A DNA stretch of 64,000 nucleotides from an uncultured Thermoleophilia bacterium (lineage in GTDB: Bacteria > Actinomycetota > Thermoleophilia > UBA2241). The stretch spans positions 52,909-116,908 of the forward strand of contig CAVQLY010000023.1 in assembly GCA_963713475.1 (NCBI GenBank). Reading direction: 5' to 3'. A program made the position numbers and the translations under genes. Positions 25,899 to 34,703 of the stretch are shown here, piece after piece. Position 1 is the stretch's first letter. The number at the start of each line of letters is the position of its first letter. The notes below the pieces were generated by a model that saw only the letters and a program-made list of their open reading frames with translations, had not been told where the DNA came from and ran no database searches.

Positions 25899-26876
25899 TC
25901 ACAGGGGCAGCCGCGTTCCCGCGCCGCGCTGCGTCGCGAGCTCGTAGAGGGCCTTCGCCGTGACCATGTCGTCCACGGCGATGCCCATGTTCATCGAGAA
26001 GATGCGCTCGCCGGCGCTTTCGCGGCCCGGCTTGAGCCCGGCCGCCAGCTCGCCGAGGTCGGCGTGGATCGCGTCCGGGATGCCGCCGAAGTAGACGCCG
26101 TGATCGCGCGCGGCCAGCAGCTGCGGCACGTCGTCGGCGCAGAACTTGTCGCAGCCGCGCATGGCGGCGCTCGTCCAGGCGGAGTCGTAGTCGAGCGACA
26201 CCGCGAGGGCGCCCTCCTTGAGGTCGCCGTCGTCTAGCTCGGGCGCCGGCTCGGTCACGATGGGGATCGCCGTGACGGCGACGTCCGCCTCGCGCACGGC
26301 CGCCGCAGCTCCCGCGCACGCCTCGAAGCGGAGCGCCGGGAAGGCGGCGCTCATCTCGGCGATGAACGCTGCGGTGGCCTCCGGCAGGACGTCGTAACAG
26401 CGCACGGCGGCCAGGGCGGGCAGCGTCTCGACCAGCGCGGCGAGCGACGGCCGCGCCTGCACGCCGCAGCCGACGATGGCCGCCACCTCGCTCTCCGGCC
26501 GGGCGAGGTACTTCGCCGAGATGCCGGCGCTCGCGCCGGTGCGCATGGCGGTGATCCAGGCGCAGTCCATCACCGCCAGCGGGACGCCGGTCTCCGGGTC
26601 GTTGAGGACGAGCAGCCCGGTGATGTACGGCAGGCCTTTCGCCGGGTTCGGCGGGTAGCCGCTGACCCACTTGAGGCCCGCGACTTCCGGCTCCCGGACG
26701 TAGGCGGGCATGGCGTGGATGAAGCAGTCGGCGCGAGTGTGGATCCCCGGCTTGGGCGGCATCTCCGTCAGCCCGCGGCCCTTGGCGGCGAAGCCGTCGT
26801 CGACGGCGCGCAGGACCTCGCGCATGGAAAGGCCGAGGCCCTCGACGTCGGCGCGGCTGAGGTACAGCAGTTCCAC
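25899..26876 (-). CDS. Ornithine cyclodeaminase/mu-crystallin family protein
   Basis: 325 aa with the Rossmann segment VAAIVGCGVQARPSL and family-typical TAMRTGASAGISAKYLA. Confidence 0.8.
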   Translation of the reverse strand: MELLYLSRADVEGLGLSMREVLRAVDDGFAAKGRGLTEMPPKPGIHTRADCFIHAMPAYVREPEVAGLKWVSGYPPNPAKGLPYITGLLVLNDPETGVPLAVMDCAWITAMRTGASAGISAKYLARPESEVAAIVGCGVQARPSLAALVETLPALAAVRCYDVLPEATAAFIAEMSAAFPALRFEACAGAAAAVREADVAVTAIPIVTEPAPELDDGDLKEGALAVSLDYDSAWTSAAMRGCDKFCADDVPQLLAARDHGVYFGGIPDAIHADLGELAAGLKPGRESAGERIFSMNMGIAVDDMVTAKALYELATQRGAGTRLPL

Positions 26877-26973
26877 GGGGTGCCCCTCTGGTCGGGTGGA
26901 CGCGGCCGGCGGCCGCGGGAAGAGAAGTGGGCGGCGGGCGGGCGGCGCAGCCGCCCGCCCGCCGCCCGGACGT

Positions 26974-28803
26974 CTACTCCGTGAGCTCGCGCCCGCGGCT
27001 GCGCCGCACGACGAGCACCACGATGAGGATCACGACGATCGCGACCACGACGCCGACGATGATCCACGTCGTGCTCGAGGAGCCGCTGGTCGTCTCGGAG
27101 GTCGTGGCGGTCTTGGGGTGCACCTGCACGTAGCTGTCGATATTGTCGCCCGACAGCACGACCAGGCCGTTCTCGTTCGGGTAGGGCACCCAGCCTTCCC
27201 ACTTGTCGGTGTTGTAGGCGATGAGGGCCTTGGGGTAGTAGAGCACGGCGTAGGGCGCCTGCTCGTAGAAGATCTGCTGCATGCGCGTGACCTGGTCCTT
27301 GCGTGCGGCGGCGTCCATCTCGCCCGCCTGCTGCTGGTACAGGCTGTCGTACTCCTTGTCGGACCAGCAGCAGTCGTTCCACATCTCGATCTGGCTGGTG
27401 ATGAAGTCGGCGAGCATGTAGTCGGGGTCGATGTTGCCGCTCCAGCCCCAGATGAACATGTCGTAGTCCGGGGCGTAGGTGCTGCCCTTGTAGGTCCAGA
27501 TGCCGTCGCTGATGGATCCGTCGTTCATCACGGCGAGGTCGATGCCGATGCCGATGGACTCGAACGACCCGGCGATGAGCTTGCCGGCGCGCTGCTGCTC
27601 CGGCGATTCGCTGCGCGTCCAGAGGCGGAGCTTGATCGGCTTGCCCTGCTTGTCCTCGCGCACGCCGTCGCCGTCGGTGTCCTTGTAGCCGGCGGCGTCG
27701 AGCAGCTGCTTGGCCTTCTCCGGGTCGTACCCGAACGTCTCCTCCGCGGTGGGCGTCCAGGCGTCATCGGTGCTCGGCACCAGGATCGACTGGCCGACGT
27801 CGGCGTAGCCGCCCATGCAGGTGGCGACGATCTTCTCCTTGTCGACCGCCCAGCTGACGGCCTGGCGGAACGCGATGTCCTGGAGGACCGGGTTGGCCTG
27901 GGAGTTCGGGCTCGCGTACACGTTGAACGCCAGCTCGACCAGGTACTTCTGGTCGGCGGCCGTGGCCGTGATGCCGGGCTCGCTCTTGAGCGCGTTGAAC
28001 TGCGCGACCGGCACGCCGAACGCCACGTCGATGTTCCCCGCCTTGAGGTCCATCGTCATGGTGTCCTGGTTGGTGTAGTTCTCGAAGACGACCTCGTCGA
28101 TCTTGGGCGCGCCCTTCCAGTAGTCCTTGTAGGCGACCATGCGCGTGTAGCCGGACTTCTTGTACTCGACGGTCTGGAACGGTCCGGAACCGATGACCGG
28201 CGGGTTGTTCTGGAACTTGTTGGCGGCGTCCTTGCCCGAGACCTTGCTCCAGATGTGCTCGGGCACGATCGGGATCCACATGCGCAGGATGTTGGCCTTG
28301 GGCTTGCTCAGGATGAACTTGACGGTCGCGTCGTCGACGGCCACGGCCTTCTTCATGTTGACCGTGTAGGTCGAGAAGGCCGAGAGGTCGTTCTCGATGA
28401 TGTAGTTGTAGGTGAAGGCGACGTCGTTGGCGGTGAGCGCCTCGCCGTCCTGCCACGTGATGCCGGGGTGGATCTTGAAGGTCCATTCGAGGAAGTCCGG
28501 CGTGCTGGTCCAGCTGTCGGCGATCTCCGGGGCGACGTCGCCGTTGGGCTTGTAGCCGGTGAGCATGTCGTAGTTGAGGTGATAGACCTCATACGCCGGC
28601 ACCGAGTACCCGATGAACGGGTTCAGGCTGTCGACGTCCTGGGTGTTGCCGACGCGCAGGACGACCTTCTCTGCGGCGGGAGACGGTGAAGAGCTCCCGG
28701 CCGCGGTCGTGATCCCCCAGATCAGGCCGCACGCCAGGACGGCGGCGAGCGCGAGCAGCCAGAGTCTGCCACGGCTGCGGCCTCGGGTGTGGTCACCCAT
28801 CAT
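26974..28803 (-). CDS. ABC transporter substrate-binding protein, family 5 (peptide/nickel/opine type), with an additional C-terminal TM anchor
   Basis: 609 aa with an N-terminal signal/anchor (LLALAAVLACG) and an SBP_bac_5-like body. The C-terminus is TTSETTSGSSSTTWIIVGVVVAIVVILIVVLVVRRSRGR. No permease or ATPase genes are adjacent. Confidence 0.8.
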   Translation of the reverse strand: MMGDHTRGRSRGRLWLLALAAVLACGLIWGITTAAGSSSPSPAAEKVVLRVGNTQDVDSLNPFIGYSVPAYEVYHLNYDMLTGYKPNGDVAPEIADSWTSTPDFLEWTFKIHPGITWQDGEALTANDVAFTYNYIIENDLSAFSTYTVNMKKAVAVDDATVKFILSKPKANILRMWIPIVPEHIWSKVSGKDAANKFQNNPPVIGSGPFQTVEYKKSGYTRMVAYKDYWKGAPKIDEVVFENYTNQDTMTMDLKAGNIDVAFGVPVAQFNALKSEPGITATAADQKYLVELAFNVYASPNSQANPVLQDIAFRQAVSWAVDKEKIVATCMGGYADVGQSILVPSTDDAWTPTAEETFGYDPEKAKQLLDAAGYKDTDGDGVREDKQGKPIKLRLWTRSESPEQQRAGKLIAGSFESIGIGIDLAVMNDGSISDGIWTYKGSTYAPDYDMFIWGWSGNIDPDYMLADFITSQIEMWNDCCWSDKEYDSLYQQQAGEMDAAARKDQVTRMQQIFYEQAPYAVLYYPKALIAYNTDKWEGWVPYPNENGLVVLSGDNIDSYVQVHPKTATTSETTSGSSSTTWIIVGVVVAIVVILIVVLVVRRSRGRELTE

Positions 28804-28939
28804 GAAACCCCCTCATCGCTGGCCGGCCCCCCCTCGGCGCCGGCGACCGTCATAGCATACGCCCGAGGGCGCGCGTTTGCCGCACCGCGGGCGGCGTGGG
28901 TAGAGTCGGGCCGGCGCGCCGGGCGACGGCCGGCGCGGG

Positions 28940-30631
28940 ATGGAGAGCGGCGAAACGGGGGTCGGGATGTCCGTGCAAGAGCGTGGCGAGGCGGAGGCGG
29001 CCGTCCAGGCGCTGCTGGACGACCTGGTCGCCGACGACCCGGTGCTCGGTACGGCGCTCGGCATGACCGAAGGCGCCGGCCGCCTGCCGTCCTGGTCGGC
29101 GGCGGCGCTGGAGCGGCGCCGCGAGCTGCTGCACGAGCACGAGCGGCGCCTCCTTCCACTGCTGGCGGCGGAGGACCGGGGAGCGGCGGTGGACGCGTTC
29201 GCCGCTCTGCAGGTCGTCCGGCGCCGGTTGCGGGCGTTCGAGCTGCGCCGGGTGGCGCAGCGCCATCCCGGCGCCGTCCTCGAGGTCGTGGCCGGGGTGT
29301 TCCCGCTGCTCGTGCGCGAGCTGGGCACGCCCGGCGAGCGCGTCGAGGCGCTGGCCAGCCGGCTGGCCGGCGTCCCGCAGCTCCTGGCGGAGGCGCGCGA
29401 CGCGCTCGAGCCGGGACTGTCCACCGCGGCCGTGGAGAGCGGCGTCGACTACGCCGAGGGGCTCCTCGACCTTGTAGGACCGACGGCGCGGGGCTTTGCC
29501 GCCTCCGTCGGTCACCAGGGGGCGGTCGACGAGGCGTCAACGGCGGCGGAGGCGGCGCTCGCCGCCTTCCGCGACCACCTGCGCGACGAGCTGGCGCCGA
29601 CCGCCACCGGCGACTGCGGCGCGGGCGAGGCCGTCCTCGCAGACGTCCTGTGCTGGGAGCACGTCCTCGACGAGCCCCCGGAGGTCCTCGCCGCCTACGG
29701 CCGCTCGGTCCTCGAGGAGACCAGGGCGGCGATGGAGGCCATCGCCGCGGCGTCCGGCTACGCGGGCGCCGCGGAAGCCGTCGCCGCCGCCCAGGCGCTC
29801 ACGCCCACGGCCTCCGGGCTGGTGGACGACTACCGGCGCGCCGTGGAGGAGGCGCGCGCCTACGTCGTGGAGCACGACATCGCCGGCCTGCCCGCCGGCG
29901 AGGAGCTCGAGGTCGTCGCCACGCCGGTCTTCCTTCGCAGCCTGCTGCCCTTTGCGGCCTACGATGCGCCGGGCCCGTTCGCCGAGCGGCAGCTCGGCTT
30001 CTACTACGTCACTCCGCCGCCGGACGACCTCGGTGAGGCTGAGGTCCGGGAGATCCTGCGCGGGCATTCCGTCGCCTCGCTGCGCACGACCGGGGTCCAC
30101 GAGGCCTACCCAGGCCACCACCTCCAGCTCGTGAGCGCCAACTTCGCGCCGACGTTGGCGCGCCGCATCGCCGGCCTGCCCGACGGCGGCAACCTCCTCG
30201 TCGAAGGCTGGGCCTTCTACTGCGAGGAGCTCATGGATCGGGAGGGGTTCCTCGACGACCCGGTCGTCCGCCTGATGCGACTGAACGACCAGATGTGGCG
30301 GGCCTGCCGGGTGGTGATCGACGTGGAGCTCCACCGCGGCCGGATGGGGCTGGAAGAGGCGGCGGACTTCCTCGTGCGTGAGGCCGCCATGAACCGCCGC
30401 GAGGCGGAGCTCGAGTGCCGCCGCTACGCGGAGGAGCCCGGCCAGGCGATGAGCTACCTCCTGGGCAAGCGCGAGGTGATGCGTCTCGCGGAGCAGTGGG
30501 GTGCGGCGCGGGGCGGCACGCTGCGCGCCTTCCACGACGAACTGCTCTCCTGGGGATCGTTGCCGCCGGCGGTGATCGCCTGGGGCATGGGGCTGGGGCC
30601 TCGCCCGCTCGCGGCGCGGGTCAGCTCCTGA
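28940..30631 (+). CDS. DUF885 domain-containing protein (metallopeptidase-like)
   Basis: 563 aa with the signature HEAYPGHH followed by EGWAFYCEELM. An alternative start is ATG 28967. Confidence 0.75.
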   Translation: MESGETGVGMSVQERGEAEAAVQALLDDLVADDPVLGTALGMTEGAGRLPSWSAAALERRRELLHEHERRLLPLLAAEDRGAAVDAFAALQVVRRRLRAFELRRVAQRHPGAVLEVVAGVFPLLVRELGTPGERVEALASRLAGVPQLLAEARDALEPGLSTAAVESGVDYAEGLLDLVGPTARGFAASVGHQGAVDEASTAAEAALAAFRDHLRDELAPTATGDCGAGEAVLADVLCWEHVLDEPPEVLAAYGRSVLEETRAAMEAIAAASGYAGAAEAVAAAQALTPTASGLVDDYRRAVEEARAYVVEHDIAGLPAGEELEVVATPVFLRSLLPFAAYDAPGPFAERQLGFYYVTPPPDDLGEAEVREILRGHSVASLRTTGVHEAYPGHHLQLVSANFAPTLARRIAGLPDGGNLLVEGWAFYCEELMDREGFLDDPVVRLMRLNDQMWRACRVVIDVELHRGRMGLEEAADFLVREAAMNRREAELECRRYAEEPGQAMSYLLGKREVMRLAEQWGAARGGTLRAFHDELLSWGSLPPAVIAWGMGLGPRPLAARVSS

Positions 30632-31958
30632 CCCGCTGGCGCTCCTCGGCCCCCCACAGGACGACCATGTCGCGGCCGTCCGCCTTGGCCTGGTAGAGCG
30701 CCTTGTCGGAGAGCTCCATGAGCTCGTCGAGCACGGTGGCGTCGCGAGGGCAGGTGGCCACGCCGACGCTGATGGTGATGTTCACCTCGGGCGGGAGCCC
30801 GAGGCCCGTGTAGCGCGTGCCGCTGAGGGTGCGGCGCACGCGCTCGGCCACGAAGTAGGCGTTGTCGCCCGGGGTGTTGGGCAGCAGCACGGCGAACTCC
30901 TCGCCGCCGTGGCGTGAGCAGATGTCGGGCTTGCGCAGGGCGTCCTTCATCGCGCGAGCGACCGTCTGCAGGACGCGGTCGCCGGTCGCGTGCCCGTAGG
31001 TGTCGTTGAAGTCCTTGAAGTGGTCGATGTCGATCATGAGCACGCTGAGCGGCGCCTGGTGCCGCAGGCTGCGCTCGATCTCCTCGCCGGCGCGGTTCAT
31101 GAAGTAGCGCCGGTTGTAGAGGCCGGTGAGGTGGTCGGTGACCACCTGGCGGCGGATGGCGTCGTACTTGTGCGCGTTGGTGAGCGCGCTCTGGACGTGG
31201 TTCTGGAGCGCGCTCAGGATGTCGTCGGTGAGCAGCTGCGCGTATTCTCCGCTGGTGGACGTCGTGAGCAGGGCCATGTCGCCGACGTTCTCCACCTTGA
31301 CCGGGATGACGAGCTGATGGGTCATGGTGTGCGGGAACAGCGTGCAGACGTGGCCCTCCACGCGCGTGAGCTGGCCCGACGCGATCGCCTGGCGCACGGG
31401 GCAGTCGGGCGTGAAGGCGCAGCACTCGGCGGAGAGCGTCGGCGTGAGCACGCCCTGGGCGCCCTCGAGCGAGAAGGCGCGTGCCTCGGCGTCGAGGAGC
31501 AGCAGCGCGCCGAAGTCCGCGTGCAGGAACGCCCGGCTGCGCGAGAGCACGCGCTCCACGGTCTCCCGGTACGGCAGGGCCGCGTTCATCTCGCGCCCCA
31601 GCACGCCGACGTCCATGAGCTGGCGGTTGAGCGACTGGACGCGGATGAGGTCGTCCTTGATGCTCTGCGACACCCACTCCTTGTCCTCGGCGGCGGTGAA
31701 CACGGCGATGAGCGTGCCCACCAGGTAGCCGAGCTCCCTGGTCTCGTCGCGGTAGAAGGGGTCGTTGCGCTCGTAGTTGCCGCCGAGGCGCGTGCGCGAG
31801 CGACGGATGAGTCCGTTCACCGGCCGGTACACCCACAGGTCGAAGACCACGGCGATGACCGCGAAGATCGCCAGCAGGACGGCGGCGAGCTGCCAGAGGG
31901 ACTCGTGGTCGACGACGTACACCAGGAGGAGGAACGCCGCGGCCAGGGTCACGGCCAC
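30621..31958 (-). CDS. Diguanylate cyclase: N-terminal TM segments, GAF-like sensor, GGDEF domain (active-type GGEEF with RxxD I-site)
   Basis: DHLTGLYNRRYF, IDIDHFKDFNDTYGHATGD, and RKPD placed 5 residues before GGEEF. The start is a GTG. Confidence 0.85.
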   Translation of the reverse strand: MAVTLAAAFLLLVYVVDHESLWQLAAVLLAIFAVIAVVFDLWVYRPVNGLIRRSRTRLGGNYERNDPFYRDETRELGYLVGTLIAVFTAAEDKEWVSQSIKDDLIRVQSLNRQLMDVGVLGREMNAALPYRETVERVLSRSRAFLHADFGALLLLDAEARAFSLEGAQGVLTPTLSAECCAFTPDCPVRQAIASGQLTRVEGHVCTLFPHTMTHQLVIPVKVENVGDMALLTTSTSGEYAQLLTDDILSALQNHVQSALTNAHKYDAIRRQVVTDHLTGLYNRRYFMNRAGEEIERSLRHQAPLSVLMIDIDHFKDFNDTYGHATGDRVLQTVARAMKDALRKPDICSRHGGEEFAVLLPNTPGDNAYFVAERVRRTLSGTRYTGLGLPPEVNITISVGVATCPRDATVLDELMELSDKALYQAKADGRDMVVLWGAEERQRVRS

Positions 31959-32177
31959 GACGGCGGTCGTCTTCAGCTCGAGGCTGATGCCTCGCTTCTG
32001 TCCGAGGCTACCGCCTCGCTTCTTCTCGGGTGACTGGGCCGTGGCTGGCCTCGATTCGGGGGCTTCTCGTGCCTACTCACGGTATCGGCAGATGCGTGGA
32101 GACCATGATAGATGCCGGGAGTGCCGCCTCGGAGCGTTTGCCGAGAGGGCGGCCGGCCCCGGCGCGCCGGGACTGCG

Positions 32178-32363
32178 TCAGCCGTTGAAGCGGTTGAGGA
32201 TGCGCCGGTCGTTGGTGGGGCGATAGATGGTGCGGCGCTCACCGATCCGCCGGTCGCGCGTGTAGTACGGGCAGACGGCGCAGTAGCAGCTGCAGCTCAG
32301 GCGGGTGTCCACGTCGGCGACGCAGATGAGTGGGGGCTGGGGGGCTGTGTCGTCGTGGTTCAC
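32178..32363 (-). CDS. 61-aa Cys- and Arg-rich miniprotein, function unknown
   Basis: GC3 is near 95%. Sequence is ..ICVADVDTRLSCSCYCAVCPYYTRDRRIGERRTIYRPTNDRRILNRFNG, with 5 Cys including CxCxCxxC. It lies between the receiver gene and the GGDEF gene. Confidence 0.6.
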   Translation of the reverse strand: MNHDDTAPQPPLICVADVDTRLSCSCYCAVCPYYTRDRRIGERRTIYRPTNDRRILNRFNG

Positions 32364-32380
32364 GTGGACATCACGTGAAC
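32358..32380. promoter_or_regulatory. Perfect palindrome GTTCACGTG-N5-CACGTGAAC covering the start codon of the miniprotein ORF
   Basis: The arms 32358-32366 and 32372-32380 are exact reverse complements. The GTG start (32363..32361) lies in one arm. Confidence 0.5.
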
Positions 32381-32406
32381 ACTACGCCGCGCCGGCGCCG
32401 CCTCCT

Positions 32407-32435
32407 GCCCGTCGTCGCCAACTCTGGCGACGGGC
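32407..32435 (-). terminator. Hairpin between the receiver gene and the miniprotein gene (terminator or attenuator)
   Basis: GCCCGTCGTCGCC-AACTCT-GGCGACGGGC is a 10-bp GC-rich stem with one bulged T, 11 nt after the receiver stop. Confidence 0.35.
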
Positions 32436-32445
32436 GCCTCCGGCG

Positions 32446-32823
32446 CTACTTGTTCAGGTAGCTCTCCACGACCGAGAGCACCTGGGCGATGCGGAACGGC
32501 TTGGTGATGTACCCGTCGATGCCGACGTCGGTGGCGCGCTCCATGTCGGTCGCCATCGCCTTGGCGGAGAGGCCGACGATGACGATGTCCTTCGTGGTCG
32601 CGTCGGCCTTGAGCTCACCGACCGCCTCGTAGCCGCTCACGACCGGCATCATCATGTCCATCAGGATGAGGTCGGGGTGATGCTGGCGCGCGAGGTCCAC
32701 GGCTTCGCGCCCGTTCGTCGCCTTGTGCACGGTGTAGCCCTGCGTCTCCAGGGACATCGACACGATGCTCAGGATGTCGGGGTCGTCGTCTGCGACCAGG
32801 ATGGCATTGGCCACGCCGCACAC
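32446..32823 (-). CDS. Single-domain response regulator (CheY-like receiver)
   Basis: ILVADDDPDI..DLILMDMMMPVVSGYE..GLSAKAM..GYITKPF. The GTG at 32814 (8 nt after GAGGAGG) is a more likely start than 32823. Confidence 0.9.
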   Translation of the reverse strand: MCGVANAILVADDDPDILSIVSMSLETQGYTVHKATNGREAVDLARQHHPDLILMDMMMPVVSGYEAVGELKADATTKDIVIVGLSAKAMATDMERATDVGIDGYITKPFRIAQVLSVVESYLNK

Positions 32824-32835
32824 CTCCTCGTTCTC

Positions 32836-34674
32836 TCAGCTGATCTTGCCCGCGGCCAGAGGGTCGGCCGGCTTGGTTGATATCGGCACGGTGAAGATGA
32901 AGCTGGAGCCCTTTCCGAGTTTGCTCTGCACGCGGATGGCGCCGCCGTGCAGCTCCACCAGCTCGCGCACGATCGCCAGCCCGAGACCCGTGCCGCCCTG
33001 CGACCGCGTCGCCGACGAGTCGATCTGCGTGAAGCGCTGGAACACCTTGTCCTGGTCTTCCCTCGCGATGCCGATCCCCGTGTCGTTGACCCAGATCTCC
33101 ACGGTCTCGTCCACCGTGCGCGCCTCGACGCTCACGCTGCCGTTCTCGTGCGTGTACTTGATGCCGTTCGTGATCAGGTTCAGGAGGATCTGGTTGAGCT
33201 TGCCGGGGTCGGCCCACACGAGCGGCAGGTCGGTGGGCAAGAACGTGCTGATGCGGATCCGCTTGTCCTGAGCACGGGGCTTGACCACCGGGAGGACGCC
33301 GAGGAGGGCCGCCCGCAGGTCGACCGCTTCGCGGTTGAGCTCCAGGCGGCCCGCCTCGATCTTGGTGAGGTCGAGCACGTCGTTGATGAGGTTGAGCAGC
33401 GACTCGCCGCCCTTGAGGATGCTGTCGACGAACGCCGACTGCTTCTCGTTGAGCTCCCCCGTCATGCCGCTGAGGAGCATGTCGCTGTAGCCGATGATGG
33501 ACGTGAGCGGCGTGCGCAGCTCGTGGCTCATCGTGGCCATGAAGTCGCTCTTGAGCTGGTCGAGGTGGGTGAGTTCCTCGTTCTTGCGCGCCAGCTCCTC
33601 GTTGTACTGGATGTTGCGCACCACCAGCGCCACCTGGTCGGTGAGCGCGCGCAGGGTGGGGACGGCCGCCTCGGGGATGGCTTCGTTGGGGCGGTGCAGC
33701 AGGCAGACGGCGCCCAGCAACTCCTGCTTGGCCTCCAGCGGCGCCGCGAGGAAGCCGCGGAACCCGTCCTTCTCCATCGCCTTGAGCAGGCGGCCGATCT
33801 GCGGGTCGGTGACCGACTCGTAGCGCTCGGCGCCGGTCCGGGCGACGTCCACGATGTTGAGGTCCTTGTAGCGGCGGACCGCTTCGGAGGTGACGCTGCC
33901 GACGAGCGCGCGCTCCTCGTAGTCGCCAGTGTTGTGGTTGAGGATGAGCGCGAACCCGCTGCGCACGCCGGTCGCGCCGGCGATCTGGACGAGCGCCTCC
34001 GGCACGAGACCCGCCACGTCCTGGTGGCGGAGGAAGACCCGGCTGCTCTCGCTCATCACGCGCAGCTGCTCGTTGGTGGCCTGCATGCGCCGGAGTTGCG
34101 CCTCGGTATCCGCCTTGGCGCCGGAAAGCTGTGCGCTGCTGCCGATGAGCGCCTGGGCGAGCCGCCCGCTGAGCAGGGCCACCAGCATGAAGGCGGCGAC
34201 GTGCAGGCACACGGTGATGAGCATCCAGTTCGGCGGCACCTGGATCTCGTCGACCAGGGCGGAGACGGAGAGCCAGCCGAGGTGCTGGAACTCCCAGACG
34301 GCCACGTACGCGATGCTCGCGGCCGCCGCGGCGGCGTAGGGCGCGGCTGCGGGGAGGAACACCGCCGAGAAGACGATCGGCCACGCGTAGAAGATGCCGA
34401 CTGCGCTGAGGGTACCGCCGGCGTAGATGACGGCGGCCGTGACCAGCGCGAGGTCGCACGCCACGATGATCGCCGCAGCCGTGCGGGTCGGGAGCCTCCG
34501 CTCGACGATGTACATCGGGAGGTTGACGAGAGCCACGATGCCTACGCCGACGAGGACCTCGCTCATGACGACGCCGTGGTAGTCGATCTGCACCCACAGG
34601 ACGCCCGTGAGCAGGGCGAGCGTGAAGAGCACGCGCACCCACATTGCGTCGTGAAGCTGCTGGCGCAGGTCCAT
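32836..34674 (-). CDS. Sensor histidine kinase: polytopic N-terminal membrane domain, GAF-like domain, HisKA, HATPase_c
   Basis: ATG at 34674 lies inside the 1078-aa track ORF. H-box is SHELRTPLTSIIGYSDML, N-box NLITNGIKYT, G-boxes DTGIGI and GGTGLGLAIV. Confidence 0.9.
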   Translation of the reverse strand: MDLRQQLHDAMWVRVLFTLALLTGVLWVQIDYHGVVMSEVLVGVGIVALVNLPMYIVERRLPTRTAAAIIVACDLALVTAAVIYAGGTLSAVGIFYAWPIVFSAVFLPAAAPYAAAAAASIAYVAVWEFQHLGWLSVSALVDEIQVPPNWMLITVCLHVAAFMLVALLSGRLAQALIGSSAQLSGAKADTEAQLRRMQATNEQLRVMSESSRVFLRHQDVAGLVPEALVQIAGATGVRSGFALILNHNTGDYEERALVGSVTSEAVRRYKDLNIVDVARTGAERYESVTDPQIGRLLKAMEKDGFRGFLAAPLEAKQELLGAVCLLHRPNEAIPEAAVPTLRALTDQVALVVRNIQYNEELARKNEELTHLDQLKSDFMATMSHELRTPLTSIIGYSDMLLSGMTGELNEKQSAFVDSILKGGESLLNLINDVLDLTKIEAGRLELNREAVDLRAALLGVLPVVKPRAQDKRIRISTFLPTDLPLVWADPGKLNQILLNLITNGIKYTHENGSVSVEARTVDETVEIWVNDTGIGIAREDQDKVFQRFTQIDSSATRSQGGTGLGLAIVRELVELHGGAIRVQSKLGKGSSFIFTVPISTKPADPLAAGKIS

Positions 34675-34703
34675 CCGGTCGGTCCACCCCTCCGAAACGC
34701 TGG

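Noticed and set aside
28789-30036. ORFs 28789..30036(+), 28800..29540(-) and similar ORFs of 200-400 aa rich in Arg/Pro/Gly across the window (also 5378..6493, 8370..9536, 11284..12291, 14102..15688, 47114..49264, 50660..52300).
   Set aside because: All of them overlap genes with clear homology in another frame or on the other strand. They consist of RRxxR/PRR low-complexity sequence.
31960-32100. Short direct repeat AGAAGCGAGGC (two copies) and the open frame upstream of the GGDEF gene start.
   Set aside because: There is no start codon in frame upstream of the GTG at 31958, and the repeat is only 11 nt. It was judged to be incidental leader sequence.
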